The notes below the pieces were generated by a model that saw only the letters and a program-made list of their open reading frames with translations, was not told the origin of the DNA and ran no database searches. Below are positions 11,864-21,195 of a stretch of 64,000 nt of DNA, piece by piece. The stretch spans positions 62,961 to 126,960 of the IMG/VR virus record IMGVR_UViG_3300021255_000060; one strand, written 5' to 3'. The stretch comes from a virus. Its lineage: Duplodnaviria > Heunggongvirae > Uroviricota > Caudoviricetes. Both the position numbers and the translations under genes were made by a program. Each line of letters starts with the position of its first letter. Within the stretch, counting starts at the first letter, position 1.

Positions 11864-12055
11864 CTAAATATTGGAATCTCCAGTTTCAGTGTCCTTAACA
11901 TCGCATTTTTGATAATCAACATATGGAGCTAATTGATAAATCTGAAATTGTCCTATTTTTGAACCTTTCAATTCATCAATAACCCTATCTACTTCTTGAA
12001 TAAATTTTTCTGCGTCTTCTACTTCAAATGCACCCTTAAATACTACTTGAAACAT
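11864..12055 (-). CDS. hypothetical protein
   Basis: 63-aa ORF. Confidence 0.25.
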   Translation of the reverse strand: MFQVVFKGAFEVEDAEKFIQEVDRVIDELKGSKIGQFQIYQLAPYVDYQKCDVKDTETGDSNI

Positions 12056-12408
12056 TACAACTTAAAAATTCTTTTAGATTCTTTTTCAAAAATTTCAGAA
12101 ATAATTCTATTAGAAACTTCTTTGATTTCAGAAATATCGTTAAGTTCTACTGTAGCATAAGGCTTATTGAGCGCACGAACATAAGATATGTGCTGACCTA
12201 CTTTCTGTTTATAAAGATCTTTCTTTGAACATGTAGTATATCCAAATGAAACTTTATTGCCATCAAGAATGCTACAAATTACAACTCTCGGAATCCATTT
12301 TACAAAAACAGAGTTTCCAGCCTCACCAATAATGTTACCTTCTGCATCAGCAAAACAAGGAACCATTCTAACCTGCGTAGGTTTAGAATAATAATATTTA
12401 ATTCCCAT
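12055..12408 (-). CDS. hypothetical protein
   Basis: 117-aa ORF. Confidence 0.3.
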   Translation of the reverse strand: MGIKYYYSKPTQVRMVPCFADAEGNIIGEAGNSVFVKWIPRVVICSILDGNKVSFGYTTCSKKDLYKQKVGQHISYVRALNKPYATVELNDISEIKEVSNRIISEIFEKESKRIFKL

Positions 12409-12793
12409 CTTTAAATAAATTTTTATAGTTTTTTAATATAAAATAAATTACTAATGTAATTATAAGACTTTCAAAGATAAAACCCAATCCAATTAAACAC
12501 CCTAATGATGCTAAACACCACATCAAAATAGCAGTTGTAACATTTGCAATTTTATCCATGTCTTTTTTAAACACTAATCCGGCGCCAATAAATCCAACAC
12601 CAGATACAACTTGTGCAACTACTCTAGCAGGATCTCCTCCAATTCGTAGTGACAAATAAGAAAACACAAATGCTCCAAGCATTATAAGTGTAACAGATCT
12701 TACACCTACAATTCCATGAGTTTTTTGTCTTTCTAAGCCAATAATTATTCCACAAATTAGAAGAATAATTAGATTGAATAAAAACTTTAACAT
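12398..12793 (-). CDS. MgtC/SapB-family membrane protein
   Basis: IIIGLERQKTHGIVGVRSVTLIMLGAFVFSYLS matches the MgtC N-terminal domain signature (GLERq...GiRT..Li.lGs). Multiple transmembrane helices. Confidence 0.55.
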   Translation of the reverse strand: MLKFLFNLIILLICGIIIGLERQKTHGIVGVRSVTLIMLGAFVFSYLSLRIGGDPARVVAQVVSGVGFIGAGLVFKKDMDKIANVTTAILMWCLASLGCLIGLGFIFESLIITLVIYFILKNYKNLFKDGN

Positions 12794-12851
12794 TTTCTAT
12801 CTATAAAATCCAATCCAAGGTATAAAAACATACCAACAATTAATCCTAAGA

Positions 12852-13589
12852 TTAATCCGATAAAACTTGTGGCCATTGAAAATAAAACGGTTCGTTTACA
12901 AAATCATAATTTTCGTCTAGAATACTAACATTTCTAATCCAACATCCGGGTTTATATTCTGTTAAATTGTGATTTCCAGAATGAATGTGACCGACTAATG
13001 TTAATTTTATATTTTTATCAGTAATTGCTTTTCCAAGAACATCGTTTCCCACTTGTAAAGTACCATCAGACCACATTGTTTTTTGCATAATAGTACCTAC
13101 ATCTTTTATATTTGGAGCATCGTGACTTATAAGAATATCTAGGTTATCTGGAATCTCAGAATATTTTTCTTTCAAAAATTGAGAATTTCCCATAAATGCC
13201 CAATTTCCAAATATTTTACAATACGGTGTACCAAATATACTTATATGTTCTTCTCCTGTAACAAAATCATACAATTCGTTTTCAAGATAAACAAGTCTAT
13301 TATTAGAACGATCCTTTAATGCAACAAGAAATATTTTCTTTCTATTAGGTTTCATTCTATACAAACCCAGATCATGGTTTCCAGCAATTAAAATTACTTT
13401 AGAATCATCATTTTTATACGGAAGGGAGATTATCCAATCCATAAATTCATCAAGATACCAACTTTCTGAATTAGCAGTGGAACTCTGATTATATAAATTT
13501 ACAACGTCACCTGGAAGAAGCATTAAATCGAATGGTTTTTCCACTTTTGGAAGAATTCCATGTAAATCACTTAATGCTATTATATCCAT
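12852..13589 (-). CDS. calcineurin-like metallophosphoesterase
   Basis: Motifs LSDLHG, LLPGDVVN, LIAGNHDLG and GHIHSGNH. Confidence 0.55.
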   Translation of the reverse strand: MDIIALSDLHGILPKVEKPFDLMLLPGDVVNLYNQSSTANSESWYLDEFMDWIISLPYKNDDSKVILIAGNHDLGLYRMKPNRKKIFLVALKDRSNNRLVYLENELYDFVTGEEHISIFGTPYCKIFGNWAFMGNSQFLKEKYSEIPDNLDILISHDAPNIKDVGTIMQKTMWSDGTLQVGNDVLGKAITDKNIKLTLVGHIHSGNHNLTEYKPGCWIRNVSILDENYDFVNEPFYFQWPQVLSD

Positions 13590-13590
13590 A

Positions 13591-15180
13591 TTATATTTCT
13601 TTAAAAACGTCTTTATCTACAATGATACAATTTGTAGAAATAAACATATTTAAAACACTAACTGCATTTTCAAAACTTAATCTATCTGCTTTAGTTGGAT
13701 TGATAATTCCGGACTCTAAAAAATTAACATACTGTTCTGTTTCCGCATTCCAAGATATGTTTTTATCAGGAAATACCTTCCTTCCAATTTCTTTAGGATC
13801 ATATCCGGCATTAGAAACAATTGTATCAAAAATAGAAGTAAGACTTTGTTTTACAATATCAATTCCACGTTGAATTTCGTCATCATCGTTACTTGGCATA
13901 GTTAGAAATGCTTTTAAATAAGATAGACCACCTCCTGCAACAATACCTTCTTCTAATGCTGCTTTTGTGGCACAAACTGCATCGTCAATCCTATCTTTTC
14001 TTTCTCTCATTTCTAATTCAGAATTACCTCCAACTCTTATTACACCAATTCCTCCATTAAGTCTAGCGATACGCTCCTTTAAAAATTTAATTTGAATTTC
14101 TTCTCCAGATTGTATTGACTTTAATTGTTCTTTTAAAGAATTTACTCTTTCTTCAATCATGCTTTTAGTTCCAGAACCTTCCAATATTGTAGTACTATCT
14201 TTTGTAATAATAACCTTGTTGCATGATCCAAGCATTGATCCATCTACTTTTTGAAGTTCTATTCCATTATCATATGTAGAAATTTGAGCTCCAGTTAATA
14301 TTGAAAGATCTTCTAGTATAAATTTTCTAAATTCTCCAAATGACGGGGCTTTAACAAGACAACTTTTTAAAATTCCCTGAAGATGATTAATTCTCATATT
14401 TTGAATGACTTCATCATCAAAATCTTGAGCAATTATTAATAAAGGACGATGATTTTTAGCACAATATTCTGCAGCAGGAACAATATCTCTCGTTAGCTGT
14501 ATTTTTTGATCAGTAATTAGAATTAATGGTTTTTCTAATACACATTCACCTTTTATTTGATCTGTAATAAACCAATGTGAAACAAACCCACGATCAAACT
14601 GCATACCTTTTACTATGTCGATACTTGTTTGATTATTTGAAGATTCTTCTACTGTTATAATTCCATCTTTTCCAATTTCTCTAAACGCATTAGATACAAG
14701 TTTACCTATAGTACTATCGTTATTAGAAGAAATAGAAGCTATTTTTTCAACATCTGATTCTTTTATATCAATAGAAGATTCTAATATAGTCTTTTTAACT
14801 CAATCTACAGCAATATTTATTCCTTGTTTTATAAGAGATATATTTTTAAACCCAGACAAATATTCGTTATATGCATTATTTACCATATTAAACGCAAGTA
14901 CTGTACTAGATGTAGTAGAATCTCCAACACTATTAACAGTATTTAATGCAGCTTGCTTTAATAATGTCGCTCCAACATTTTCAAATTTATCTTCTAAAAA
15001 TATATTTTTTGCTACAGTAACTCCGTCTTTAGTTACATGAGGAAGTCCATTACTATAATCGTCAATTATTACACACTGACCTTTTGGACCAAGTGTAGAA
15101 CCAACAGCTCTTGCTAATTTAGACATTCCTGTTATAAGACTTCCTTTAGCAAAATTATCAAATTTTAGTTCTTTAGCCAT
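13591..15180 (-). CDS. groEL: GroEL-type chaperonin (Cpn60), at least one in-frame TGA at 14800-14802
   Basis: N-terminal part MAKELKFDNFAKGSLITGMSKLARAVGSTLGPKGQCVIIDD...TKDGVTVAKNIFLEDKFENVGATLLKQAA...GDSTTSSTVLA. C-terminal part ...LNGGIGVIRVGGNSELEMRERKDRIDDAVCATKAALEEGIVAGGG. Both ORFs are in the same frame (ends 0 mod 3) and are joined by TGA. Confidence 0.7.
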
Positions 15181-16283
15181 TAAAATCCAATTTTCTTTCT
15201 TTTCTTAGTTTCGGAATATTCCGTCTTATCTGCATTATAGATTTCTGCTAAAGTCATAGGTTTAATTTCTTCTATACCAAGATCATATTTATCGTTAAGT
15301 TTCTGAACTTTTTCTTCCGATAAATCTCCAAATTCGTATTTAGCATAGCATCTTCCTTTTCTTAATAGAGCAGGATCAATTTTATTTACATCTGCATTAA
15401 ATGTACATATGAATTTAATATTCATAATATCAGACAAAAGTCCATCAGACATATTTAAAATATTACTAATTGCTCCATTAAACATGTTTTCACTTCTATC
15501 CATAAGAAGTTGTTCACAATCTTCAAGGACAAATACCGAATCCCTATTACTTACAAGAAATGATATAAAATCTGGATCAGATAATCTAGTTGCCATTGAA
15601 GTTGGTACAACAATATAATCTTTTGGATGTGTAGAACATAGATGCCGAATCATTGAAGTTTTGCCACTTCCCATTTTACCATAAAGGAGAATCAATCCAC
15701 TGTCTCGTTGATCTAAGAAAGAGAGAATGTCTTTATATACAGGTAAGAAGTCATCATTATAGTTTTCTTCCAAATTAATATTAACTTTCTTAATTTTAGA
15801 GTCCATTGTATAATAATCTCCTTGACTATAACAAATTAATTTTACTGTTGCTTCTTTTGGACGTTCTTCAACTTTAGGACAATTTTCCCACAATTTCAGA
15901 CAAAGTTTAGATGCTTCTTCTTCATTTGTACAATAACAACAAATCGAGTTGTCGTCAATTACAAATATTTTTTCATCTGAACAAAATATCCTAATATAAA
16001 TAGCCGAGTTTCCAACAATATATTGCAGTTCTCCACCTTCTTTATACTCTTGAATATCGTCTTCTTCTGATGTTGTACTAGATGAATGGTTTGTACTTCT
16101 AGATACTGATGTTATAGTAGGAATTATAGAGTATAACCAAGAATTATTGATTTTTGATAAGTCTAGATTAACGTCACGATTTACATATTGCACTTTATTT
16201 GGAATTTTTTTCCATAATTCTACAAACGCTTTCTCTGTAATGAAAGTTCCACTTAAATTATAAGCATTTAACCAATTTACCAT
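15180..16283 (-). CDS. AAA+ ATPase
   Basis: GLILLYGKMGSGKTS (Walker A), VFVLEDCEQL (Walker B), FICTFN (sensor 1), DPALLRKGRC (AAA second region of homology). Confidence 0.55.
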   Translation of the reverse strand: MVNWLNAYNLSGTFITEKAFVELWKKIPNKVQYVNRDVNLDLSKINNSWLYSIIPTITSVSRSTNHSSSTTSEEDDIQEYKEGGELQYIVGNSAIYIRIFCSDEKIFVIDDNSICCYCTNEEEASKLCLKLWENCPKVEERPKEATVKLICYSQGDYYTMDSKIKKVNINLEENYNDDFLPVYKDILSFLDQRDSGLILLYGKMGSGKTSMIRHLCSTHPKDYIVVPTSMATRLSDPDFISFLVSNRDSVFVLEDCEQLLMDRSENMFNGAISNILNMSDGLLSDIMNIKFICTFNADVNKIDPALLRKGRCYAKYEFGDLSEEKVQKLNDKYDLGIEEIKPMTLAEIYNADKTEYSETKKRKKIGF

Positions 16284-16582
16284 ATATTAGGCTTATTTAA
16301 ATCAATATCTATTAATTCCGGAGCCCACTTCAAAAGTACTTCTCTGATTTCCTTTTTAGGTGGATTTCCAAGTCGTAACTGAATGTTACCATAACTAAAT
16401 CCATTTAATCTAAGAAGTAAAACACACTTCTCAAACCATGTAGCAGAATCATATTTTTCTGGAATATCATTAAATCCGAAAAAATCTCTTATTTGTTTAT
16501 ATTTTTGTTCCATATTAACGTATAAATAAAATATACCAATCCAATCCAATTTATAAAAGGAACTAAACAAAAAATAGCACAA
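16277..16582 (-). CDS. hypothetical protein
   Basis: 101-aa ORF. Confidence 0.25.
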   Translation of the reverse strand: MCYFLFSSFYKLDWIGIFYLYVNMEQKYKQIRDFFGFNDIPEKYDSATWFEKCVLLLRLNGFSYGNIQLRLGNPPKKEIREVLLKWAPELIDIDLNKPNIW

Positions 16583-16732
16583 AGTTGAGGACTATTCAAT
16601 AAATTCCTTTTATAACATTCGTTCATTATTAAAAACGATACCACTGTTGGTAACGAATATATTATTACATATTCCATAATTTAGATAATTAAAGCCTCAG
16701 ATGCAAATTAGATAGCTTCTGAGGCGGTAGTG

Positions 16733-16803
16733 CGGGCTTGTAAAGACTCGAACTCTAACAAATGGTTTTGAAGACCATTGTCCTACCATTAAACGACAAG
16801 CCC
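16733..16803 (-). tRNA. suppressor-type tRNA with anticodon UCA (reads UGA; Trp-inserting by the paralogue evidence)
   Basis: Minus-strand sense GGGCTTG..AATGGTAGGAC.. anticodon stem ATGGT/ACCAT with loop CTTCAAA (U33, anticodon TCA, A37). T-arm TAGAG-TTCGAGT-CTTTA. Acceptor GGGCTTG/CAAGCCC. The D-arm is non-canonical. Confidence 0.5.
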
Positions 16804-16844
16804 ATAAATAAATGTTACTTTACTTTATAAAATGATTAGTAGTC

Positions 16845-16925
16845 ATTCGCGTAAACCAATTTCGCCATTTTCGTTAAAACGAAAAGTAGGATTCGAACCT
16901 ACATTAGTGTTCTTTTTGTAAGTAA
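16845..16925 (-). ncRNA. tRNA-like element: T-arm hairpin (GTAGG-TTCGAAT-CCTAC) plus a 3' hairpin, preceded by an ACTTACAA motif; no 5' half found
   Basis: Plus strand shows GGATTCGAACC at 16889-16899. The expected 5' acceptor partner is absent. Confidence 0.3.
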
Positions 16926-16950
16926 CATATACAAAATTAATAAATATTTT

Positions 16951-17451
16951 TTAATTTTCCAAATTTATTTTTGATAAAATTTCTACGGCTTTCTGAATGT
17001 CTTCTTGAGTCAATCCTCTATATGAATCAACTTTAACATAATGATTTAACTGTTCAAAATCTTCACGATCGTCAAAAATTACAAAATTTTCTACTTCTGG
17101 ATGCGCATCTAGCCAAAGTTGAATTTCCTCTCCCCTAGTAAAATGTATTTTGTTATTTCTTGTTTGAAAAATTGTAATAGGTGTTGTATCAATAATATTT
17201 CTAACACCTGCATTTTTTAAACGAGGTATACAGTAAGAACTAATTCTCCAATCAGAAGAAATTACAACTTTTAAATCAAATGTTTGTGTAAATTCATTTA
17301 GTAAATTAATTGCTACAGGATCCAAATCTGGATCACCTTGACTTTCTTCAATTGTTTTAGGTCTAACAGTCCATAGATAACTGTTAAGCACACCATCTAC
17401 ATCCAGGAATACTATCCTGGATGTTTCGGTGTTATTATTTTGTTCAATCAT
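16951..17451 (-). CDS. HAD-superfamily phosphatase
   Basis: N-terminal motif I FLDVDGVLN (D.DGV). 166 aa. Confidence 0.5.
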   Translation of the reverse strand: MIEQNNNTETSRIVFLDVDGVLNSYLWTVRPKTIEESQGDPDLDPVAINLLNEFTQTFDLKVVISSDWRISSYCIPRLKNAGVRNIIDTTPITIFQTRNNKIHFTRGEEIQLWLDAHPEVENFVIFDDREDFEQLNHYVKVDSYRGLTQEDIQKAVEILSKINLEN

Positions 17452-17663
17452 AATACTTTATTCACATGTTTAGTTCGTGTACGTAAACGAATCAACGCAT
17501 TAAGAAATACATCGTTTGTAAACGGTAAAAAGTTTTAAAATAATTCGCACTATCTACTCCATGGGTTTCTTCTCTAGTTAGTATTGCTCTAATTGCCTAG
17601 AAGCCGCAAATTAGTACTATAAGCTTTTTATACAAGAACTTATGACTTGTACATGATTTTGAA

Positions 17664-17912
17664 TTATGATTTAAACATTGCAGGGCATTCTCTTTTTCTA
17701 CGTTCATATTCTTCAAGAGAATCTTTTTCTTCTTGTAAATTATTATAAATTATATCTTTTAATTGTGTTATATCTCCATAAGTTGCAGTTGAACACAATC
17801 CTAAAAATACTTCAAACAGTTTTGAAAGATCAGAATCCCATGAACCTTCCCAAGAATATTTGTTTCCATGAGACTCTAAAGTTAACTTCATTGGTTTATC
17901 TATAACTGACAT
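17664..17912 (-). CDS. hypothetical protein
   Basis: 82-aa ORF. Confidence 0.25.
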   Translation of the reverse strand: MSVIDKPMKLTLESHGNKYSWEGSWDSDLSKLFEVFLGLCSTATYGDITQLKDIIYNNLQEEKDSLEEYERRKRECPAMFKS

Positions 17913-18969
17913 TTCCTATAAATTCTTCTAGTGTTCTTTTTCCACAATAACTCATTGTAGAACTAATAGCTGCTACAAATTGTTTTTCAAATTCAGGAAG
18001 TGTATTGTCTACTTCTATCCATTTTTCTTTGCCTTCTGAAAGTTTAATCTTAGTGTTACCCATTTCTTTTTGGGCCCTTTCAGTAGACATTCCATAATAC
18101 TTTCTATATGTCTTACGTTTAAAACTTATTGCACCTGATTCAGATTTAGCTGGAATATTAATAACTCTAGTTTCTCCACAAGCTTCTTCACATGCAGCAA
18201 ATAGTTTACCACACATTACATAATCTGCACCAATAGCAAGAGCTTTAATAATATCAGATATACTATCAATTCCTCCATCTGCTACAATTTTTGGAACAGA
18301 TTTATAAATGCCATCAAAATTCTTTATATTATTCTCAACATAGAATTTTCTATTTCTACAGCTTAGAATTAATTCAATAGGATCAAAATGAATTCCTGTT
18401 AAATCTGTAGTTGCACAAACATTGCCTGTACCAATACCTAATCTAATGTAATCAATTCCTGCTTTTGCATATTCCAAATATGTATTTGGGTTTGCTATAT
18501 TACCTGCCATTAAGATTAAATTCTCTCCAAATTTATTTTTTGCTTCTGTACACATATCAATTAATTTTTTCATGTGGCCATTAGCAATATCAACACAGAT
18601 TCGATATTCATCTTCAAGCGAATCATGTTCATCAATAAATTTTCTAAATTCATCTAATCCAATAGCAATCCAAATTAGTTGCTTTGCAATTTCTAGTCTT
18701 CTTTCATAAGACACCGTTCTTGGAATAATAGTATTAATACTATTTCTATCAAAATCAAGATAATTTTTATCATTTACAATAGATGACATTGGTGCAGTAA
18801 AAATTGGAAGATGTGCACCAGCTAAACACCACGCATCTGCATCATCAGACCAAAAAGCATCATAGTAAGGTAAACATTCAGAACGATGTTCAATATCTGA
18901 AATTACTGCAGGAATAATTTTAATTCTGCTATACTCACTCATAAATTTGTTCTCCGTTATAATTTGCAA
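17896..18969 (-). CDS. guaC: GMP reductase / IMPDH-family enzyme (GuaC-like)
   Basis: PIFTAPMSSIV (cf PIIAANMDTV), CVDIANGH (CIDVANGY), LMAGNIANP (ICAGNVVTG), GIGTGNVCATT (GIGPGSVCTT), ADGGIDSISDIIKALAIGADYVMCG, YYGMSTERAQK (FYGMSSESAMK). Confidence 0.65.
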   Translation of the reverse strand: MQIITENKFMSEYSRIKIIPAVISDIEHRSECLPYYDAFWSDDADAWCLAGAHLPIFTAPMSSIVNDKNYLDFDRNSINTIIPRTVSYERRLEIAKQLIWIAIGLDEFRKFIDEHDSLEDEYRICVDIANGHMKKLIDMCTEAKNKFGENLILMAGNIANPNTYLEYAKAGIDYIRLGIGTGNVCATTDLTGIHFDPIELILSCRNRKFYVENNIKNFDGIYKSVPKIVADGGIDSISDIIKALAIGADYVMCGKLFAACEEACGETRVINIPAKSESGAISFKRKTYRKYYGMSTERAQKEMGNTKIKLSEGKEKWIEVDNTLPEFEKQFVAAISSTMSYCGKRTLEEFIGNVSYR

Positions 18970-19129
18970 TAAAATCCATTTCTGGGATTACTTCATCAGT
19001 AGAAAAATAATTTTGAATTTTATTTTTATAAGATCTTACCAATATAAAATTATCATCTAATACATGACGAATTATGTATTTTACATATCCGTATGTATTT
19101 TTATGATAAACTATTTCTCCTGCATGCAT
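18935..19129 (-). CDS. hypothetical protein
   Basis: 64-aa ORF. Confidence 0.2.
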   Translation of the reverse strand: MHAGEIVYHKNTYGYVKYIIRHVLDDNFILVRSYKNKIQNYFSTDEVIPEMDFIANYNGEQIYE

Positions 19130-19416
19130 GGTTCTTCCAAAAATAATGTTAGATTGTTTTGTTTTAATTGTGTTTGTGTTAAAGGCCGAGTTAATGAAAA
19201 ACGATAGTCTTGATTATTTCCATCACTATCATATACAGTAACAATTATGTGTTTTTTGTTTAAATCAAAAATCCAACCTTTTAAAATCTCTCCATCTGAA
19301 TTTTGAATCCAGATTGTATCAAAAATCTCCAAATCTTGAAGAGTTTTAGAAGGAGGTGTAATAGGAACTTCAAGACCTGGAGATAGCCATTTTATTATTT
19401 TATTTAAAATTTTCAT
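19111..19416 (-). CDS. hypothetical protein
   Basis: 101-aa ORF. Confidence 0.25.
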   Translation of the reverse strand: MKILNKIIKWLSPGLEVPITPPSKTLQDLEIFDTIWIQNSDGEILKGWIFDLNKKHIIVTVYDSDGNNQDYRFSLTRPLTQTQLKQNNLTLFLEEPCMQEK

Positions 19417-19434
19417 AATATTTAATTTAAGTTA

Positions 19435-19521
19435 GGGAGTAGTAACAGATTCGAACTGTTGTGTTACTTTCGTAAAGCAGAGCCACATTCTGCTGGCATC
19501 GACCATCTAGCCGAACTACTC
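19435..19521 (-). tRNA. class II (long variable arm) tRNA; anticodon loop reads ATGTGGC, so the apparent anticodon is GUG (atypical)
   Basis: T-arm AACAG-TTCGAAT-CTGTT. Acceptor GAGTAGT/ACTACTC. Variable-arm hairpin TTAC-GAAA-GTAA. The anticodon stem GCAGA/TCTGC is the same as in E. coli tRNA-Tyr. Confidence 0.45.
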
Positions 19522-19761
19522 CATTACAATTACAGAATAATAATCAATAAAATTATCTGTAAAATCTGACCAATTAATCCACCAATCATAGTTGCACACC
19601 AATCCAATCAATCCCAATGTTCTCAAGATCAATCCTTAATTGGCTTATAATAACTATATTTGGCTTCATCTTTAAATTCCATTCCAGAAGCAAGTCCTGC
19701 TACAAAAAGAATAGTAAATAAAAATCCTGCGGGAATAGCAAACAACAAGTGCTTATCCCTA

Positions 19762-19941
19762 TTACTCTCTTTCAGTCACATCGCTATCTAATGCTTCATA
19801 GTAATCTATCTTCTTTTCCCGACGTCTTTTCTTTTCAGGATACTTTGCTTCTTTTGGTTGTTTTGATTTTTTGCTACGAACTTTCTCGAATGTTACTTCG
19901 TCTTCTTCATGTTCTAGTTCGTAAAGAGAAACTTTAGGCAT
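19762..19941 (-). CDS. small basic protein (59 aa)
   Basis: Hand translation: MPKVSLYELEHEEDEVTFEKVRSKKSKQPKEAKYPEKKRRREKKIDYYEALDSDVTERE. Confidence 0.25.
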   Translation of the reverse strand: MPKVSLYELEHEEDEVTFEKVRSKKSKQPKEAKYPEKKRRREKKIDYYEALDSDVTERE

Positions 19942-20115
19942 TTAAAGAAATATAAATTAAACATAAGACACTGAAAGTTACTTTCCACTTACAAGTCACC
20001 CATAACATAGGGTTTACGTTCTGATTTAGCTCAGACCGCTGCTTGTCCAGCAAGCCACTGGTTACATGTTGTTTAATTAAAATCACCTTTGATTTTGTAA
20101 GTGTCTTCTAATATG

Positions 20116-20190
20116 TCGGAGCACGTAGATTCGAACTACGGACCCTCTGCTTGTAAGGCAGATGCTCTGAACCAACTGAGCTATGCTCCG
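20116..20190 (-). tRNA. tRNA-Val (UAC)
   Basis: Sense CGGAGCA-TAGCTCAGTTGGTTCAGAGC..TCTGC-CTTACAA-GCAGA..CGTAG-TTCGAAT-CTACG..TGCTCCG. Confidence 0.6.
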
Positions 20191-20194
20191 ATAG

Positions 20195-20266
20195 TACTCG
20201 CGCCCAGATTCGAACTGGGGTTACTGCCGTGAAAGGGCAGGGACTTAACCATTGGTCGACACGAGC
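20195..20266 (-). tRNA. tRNA-Glu (UUC)
   Basis: Anticodon arm CTGCC-CTTTCAC-GGCAG. T-arm CCCAG-TTCGAAT-CTGGG. Acceptor GCTCGTG/CGCGAGT with G-U pairs. Confidence 0.5.
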
Positions 20267-20269
20267 ATA

Positions 20270-20600
20270 AATCCAGAGTATTGCACCCTCTGGCATGGAG
20301 ATGAAACCTAACAGCACTCCTAGGAAATTACTCCGTGGTCTGTCGCCTACATGCACTGCAGTCAATTCGGCTCAAGGGCTCTGGTTTGTCTCAATTTAAT
20401 ATAGCCCTTTGTTATAGTGACCCCGACGAGGCTCGAACTCGTGACCCCAACATTAGAACCGTTAACGGGACTTGCACCCGTGCCTCACTTGTTTCCCAAG
20501 TGTTTTCCACTACTCGAATTCTAACGGTTTGGTTCGTTACGGTGAACCACTCCTTATAAAGTGTTGTGCTCTACCAACTGAGCTACGAGGTCTTTCCACA
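20270..20600 (-). ncRNA. GC-richer ORF-free structured region with tRNA-like pieces (unresolved)
   Basis: Contains a canonical tRNA 5' half GACCTCGTAGCTCAGTTGGTAGAGCAC (sense of 20563-20592), a TTCGAGC T-loop-like hairpin at 20432-20448, the direct repeat GTGACCCC twice, and the hairpin CCAGAG..CTCTGG. I could not fold a complete cloverleaf by hand. Confidence 0.3.
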
Positions 20601-20634
20601 CCGTTTAGATGATGTCCAGAAATATTTCAAACAA

Positions 20635-20976
20635 CTATAAATCAAACTCTTCGTTTTCTTGGCCATATTCACCGTAAAAGTTCCTAAGAGCTTTTGTTGC
20701 ATCCATAAGTTCCTTTACTGTATGCGTCTCTGAATCTGTAATTACCACAATGTAATTCTTCACCAATTCGGTATATTTCTCAATCTCTTCATCAGTTGGA
20801 CTTTCAATGTAGTAAAAATCATCTTCCTTTGAAATAGACCAGTCCCCATTATGTTCAACGAGTTGCCCGAATGTTTTTCTTCCACAAGGAAAACCATAAA
20901 AAGTGCGGTTTGCCCATTCGCCGGTCTCAATCCATCCAAGGTTCTTAATAAAATCAAGTTTTTCTTTATAATTCAT
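20635..20976 (-). CDS. hypothetical protein
   Basis: True start probably MNYKEKLDFIKNLGWIETGEW... The N-terminal extension of ORF 20635..21186 is a translation of tRNA sequence. Confidence 0.35.
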   Translation of the reverse strand: MNYKEKLDFIKNLGWIETGEWANRTFYGFPCGRKTFGQLVEHNGDWSISKEDDFYYIESPTDEEIEKYTELVKNYIVVITDSETHTVKELMDATKALRNFYGEYGQENEEFDL

Positions 20977-20999
20977 AAACCTTAAATTTTTTAAATTTG

Positions 21000-21072
21000 T
21001 GATACTACCGGAATTAGAACCAGAGGCCCATACATTAAAAGTATATTGCTCTACCAACTGAGCTACAGGACC
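21000..21072 (-). tRNA. tRNA-Lys (UUU)-like, imperfect stems
   Basis: Sense GGTCCTG-TA-GCTCAGTTGGTAGAGC-A-ATATA-CTTTTAA-TGTAT.. The T-stem and acceptor carry G-U pairs and mismatches. Confidence 0.4.
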
Positions 21073-21077
21073 AATGG

Positions 21078-21150
21078 TGACTCCAGATGGATTCAAACCA
21101 TCGACCCACAGCTTAGAAGGCTGTTGCTCTATTCGCTGAGCTATGGAGCC
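21078..21150 (-). tRNA. tRNA-Arg (UCU)
   Basis: Sense GGCTCCA-TA-GCTCAGCGAATAGAGC-A-ACAGC-CTTCTAA-GCTGT-GGGTC-GATGG-TTTGAAT-CCATC-TGGAGTC. Confidence 0.6.
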
Positions 21151-21195
21151 ATTTAAATGTAACTTAATAATACGTTGCTCTACCAATTGAGCTAC

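Noticed and set aside
20108-20559. ORFs 20108..20365 (-) and 20335..20559 (+) as proteins
   Set aside because: They are translations of tRNA-Val and tRNA-Glu and the GC-rich structured region. The sequence folds into cloverleaves.
20977-21186. The N-terminal 70 aa of ORF 20635..21186
   Set aside because: Residues such as GSIAQRIEQQ and GPVAQLVEQ are tRNA D-arm sequences read as protein. The real start is the internal Met near 20976.
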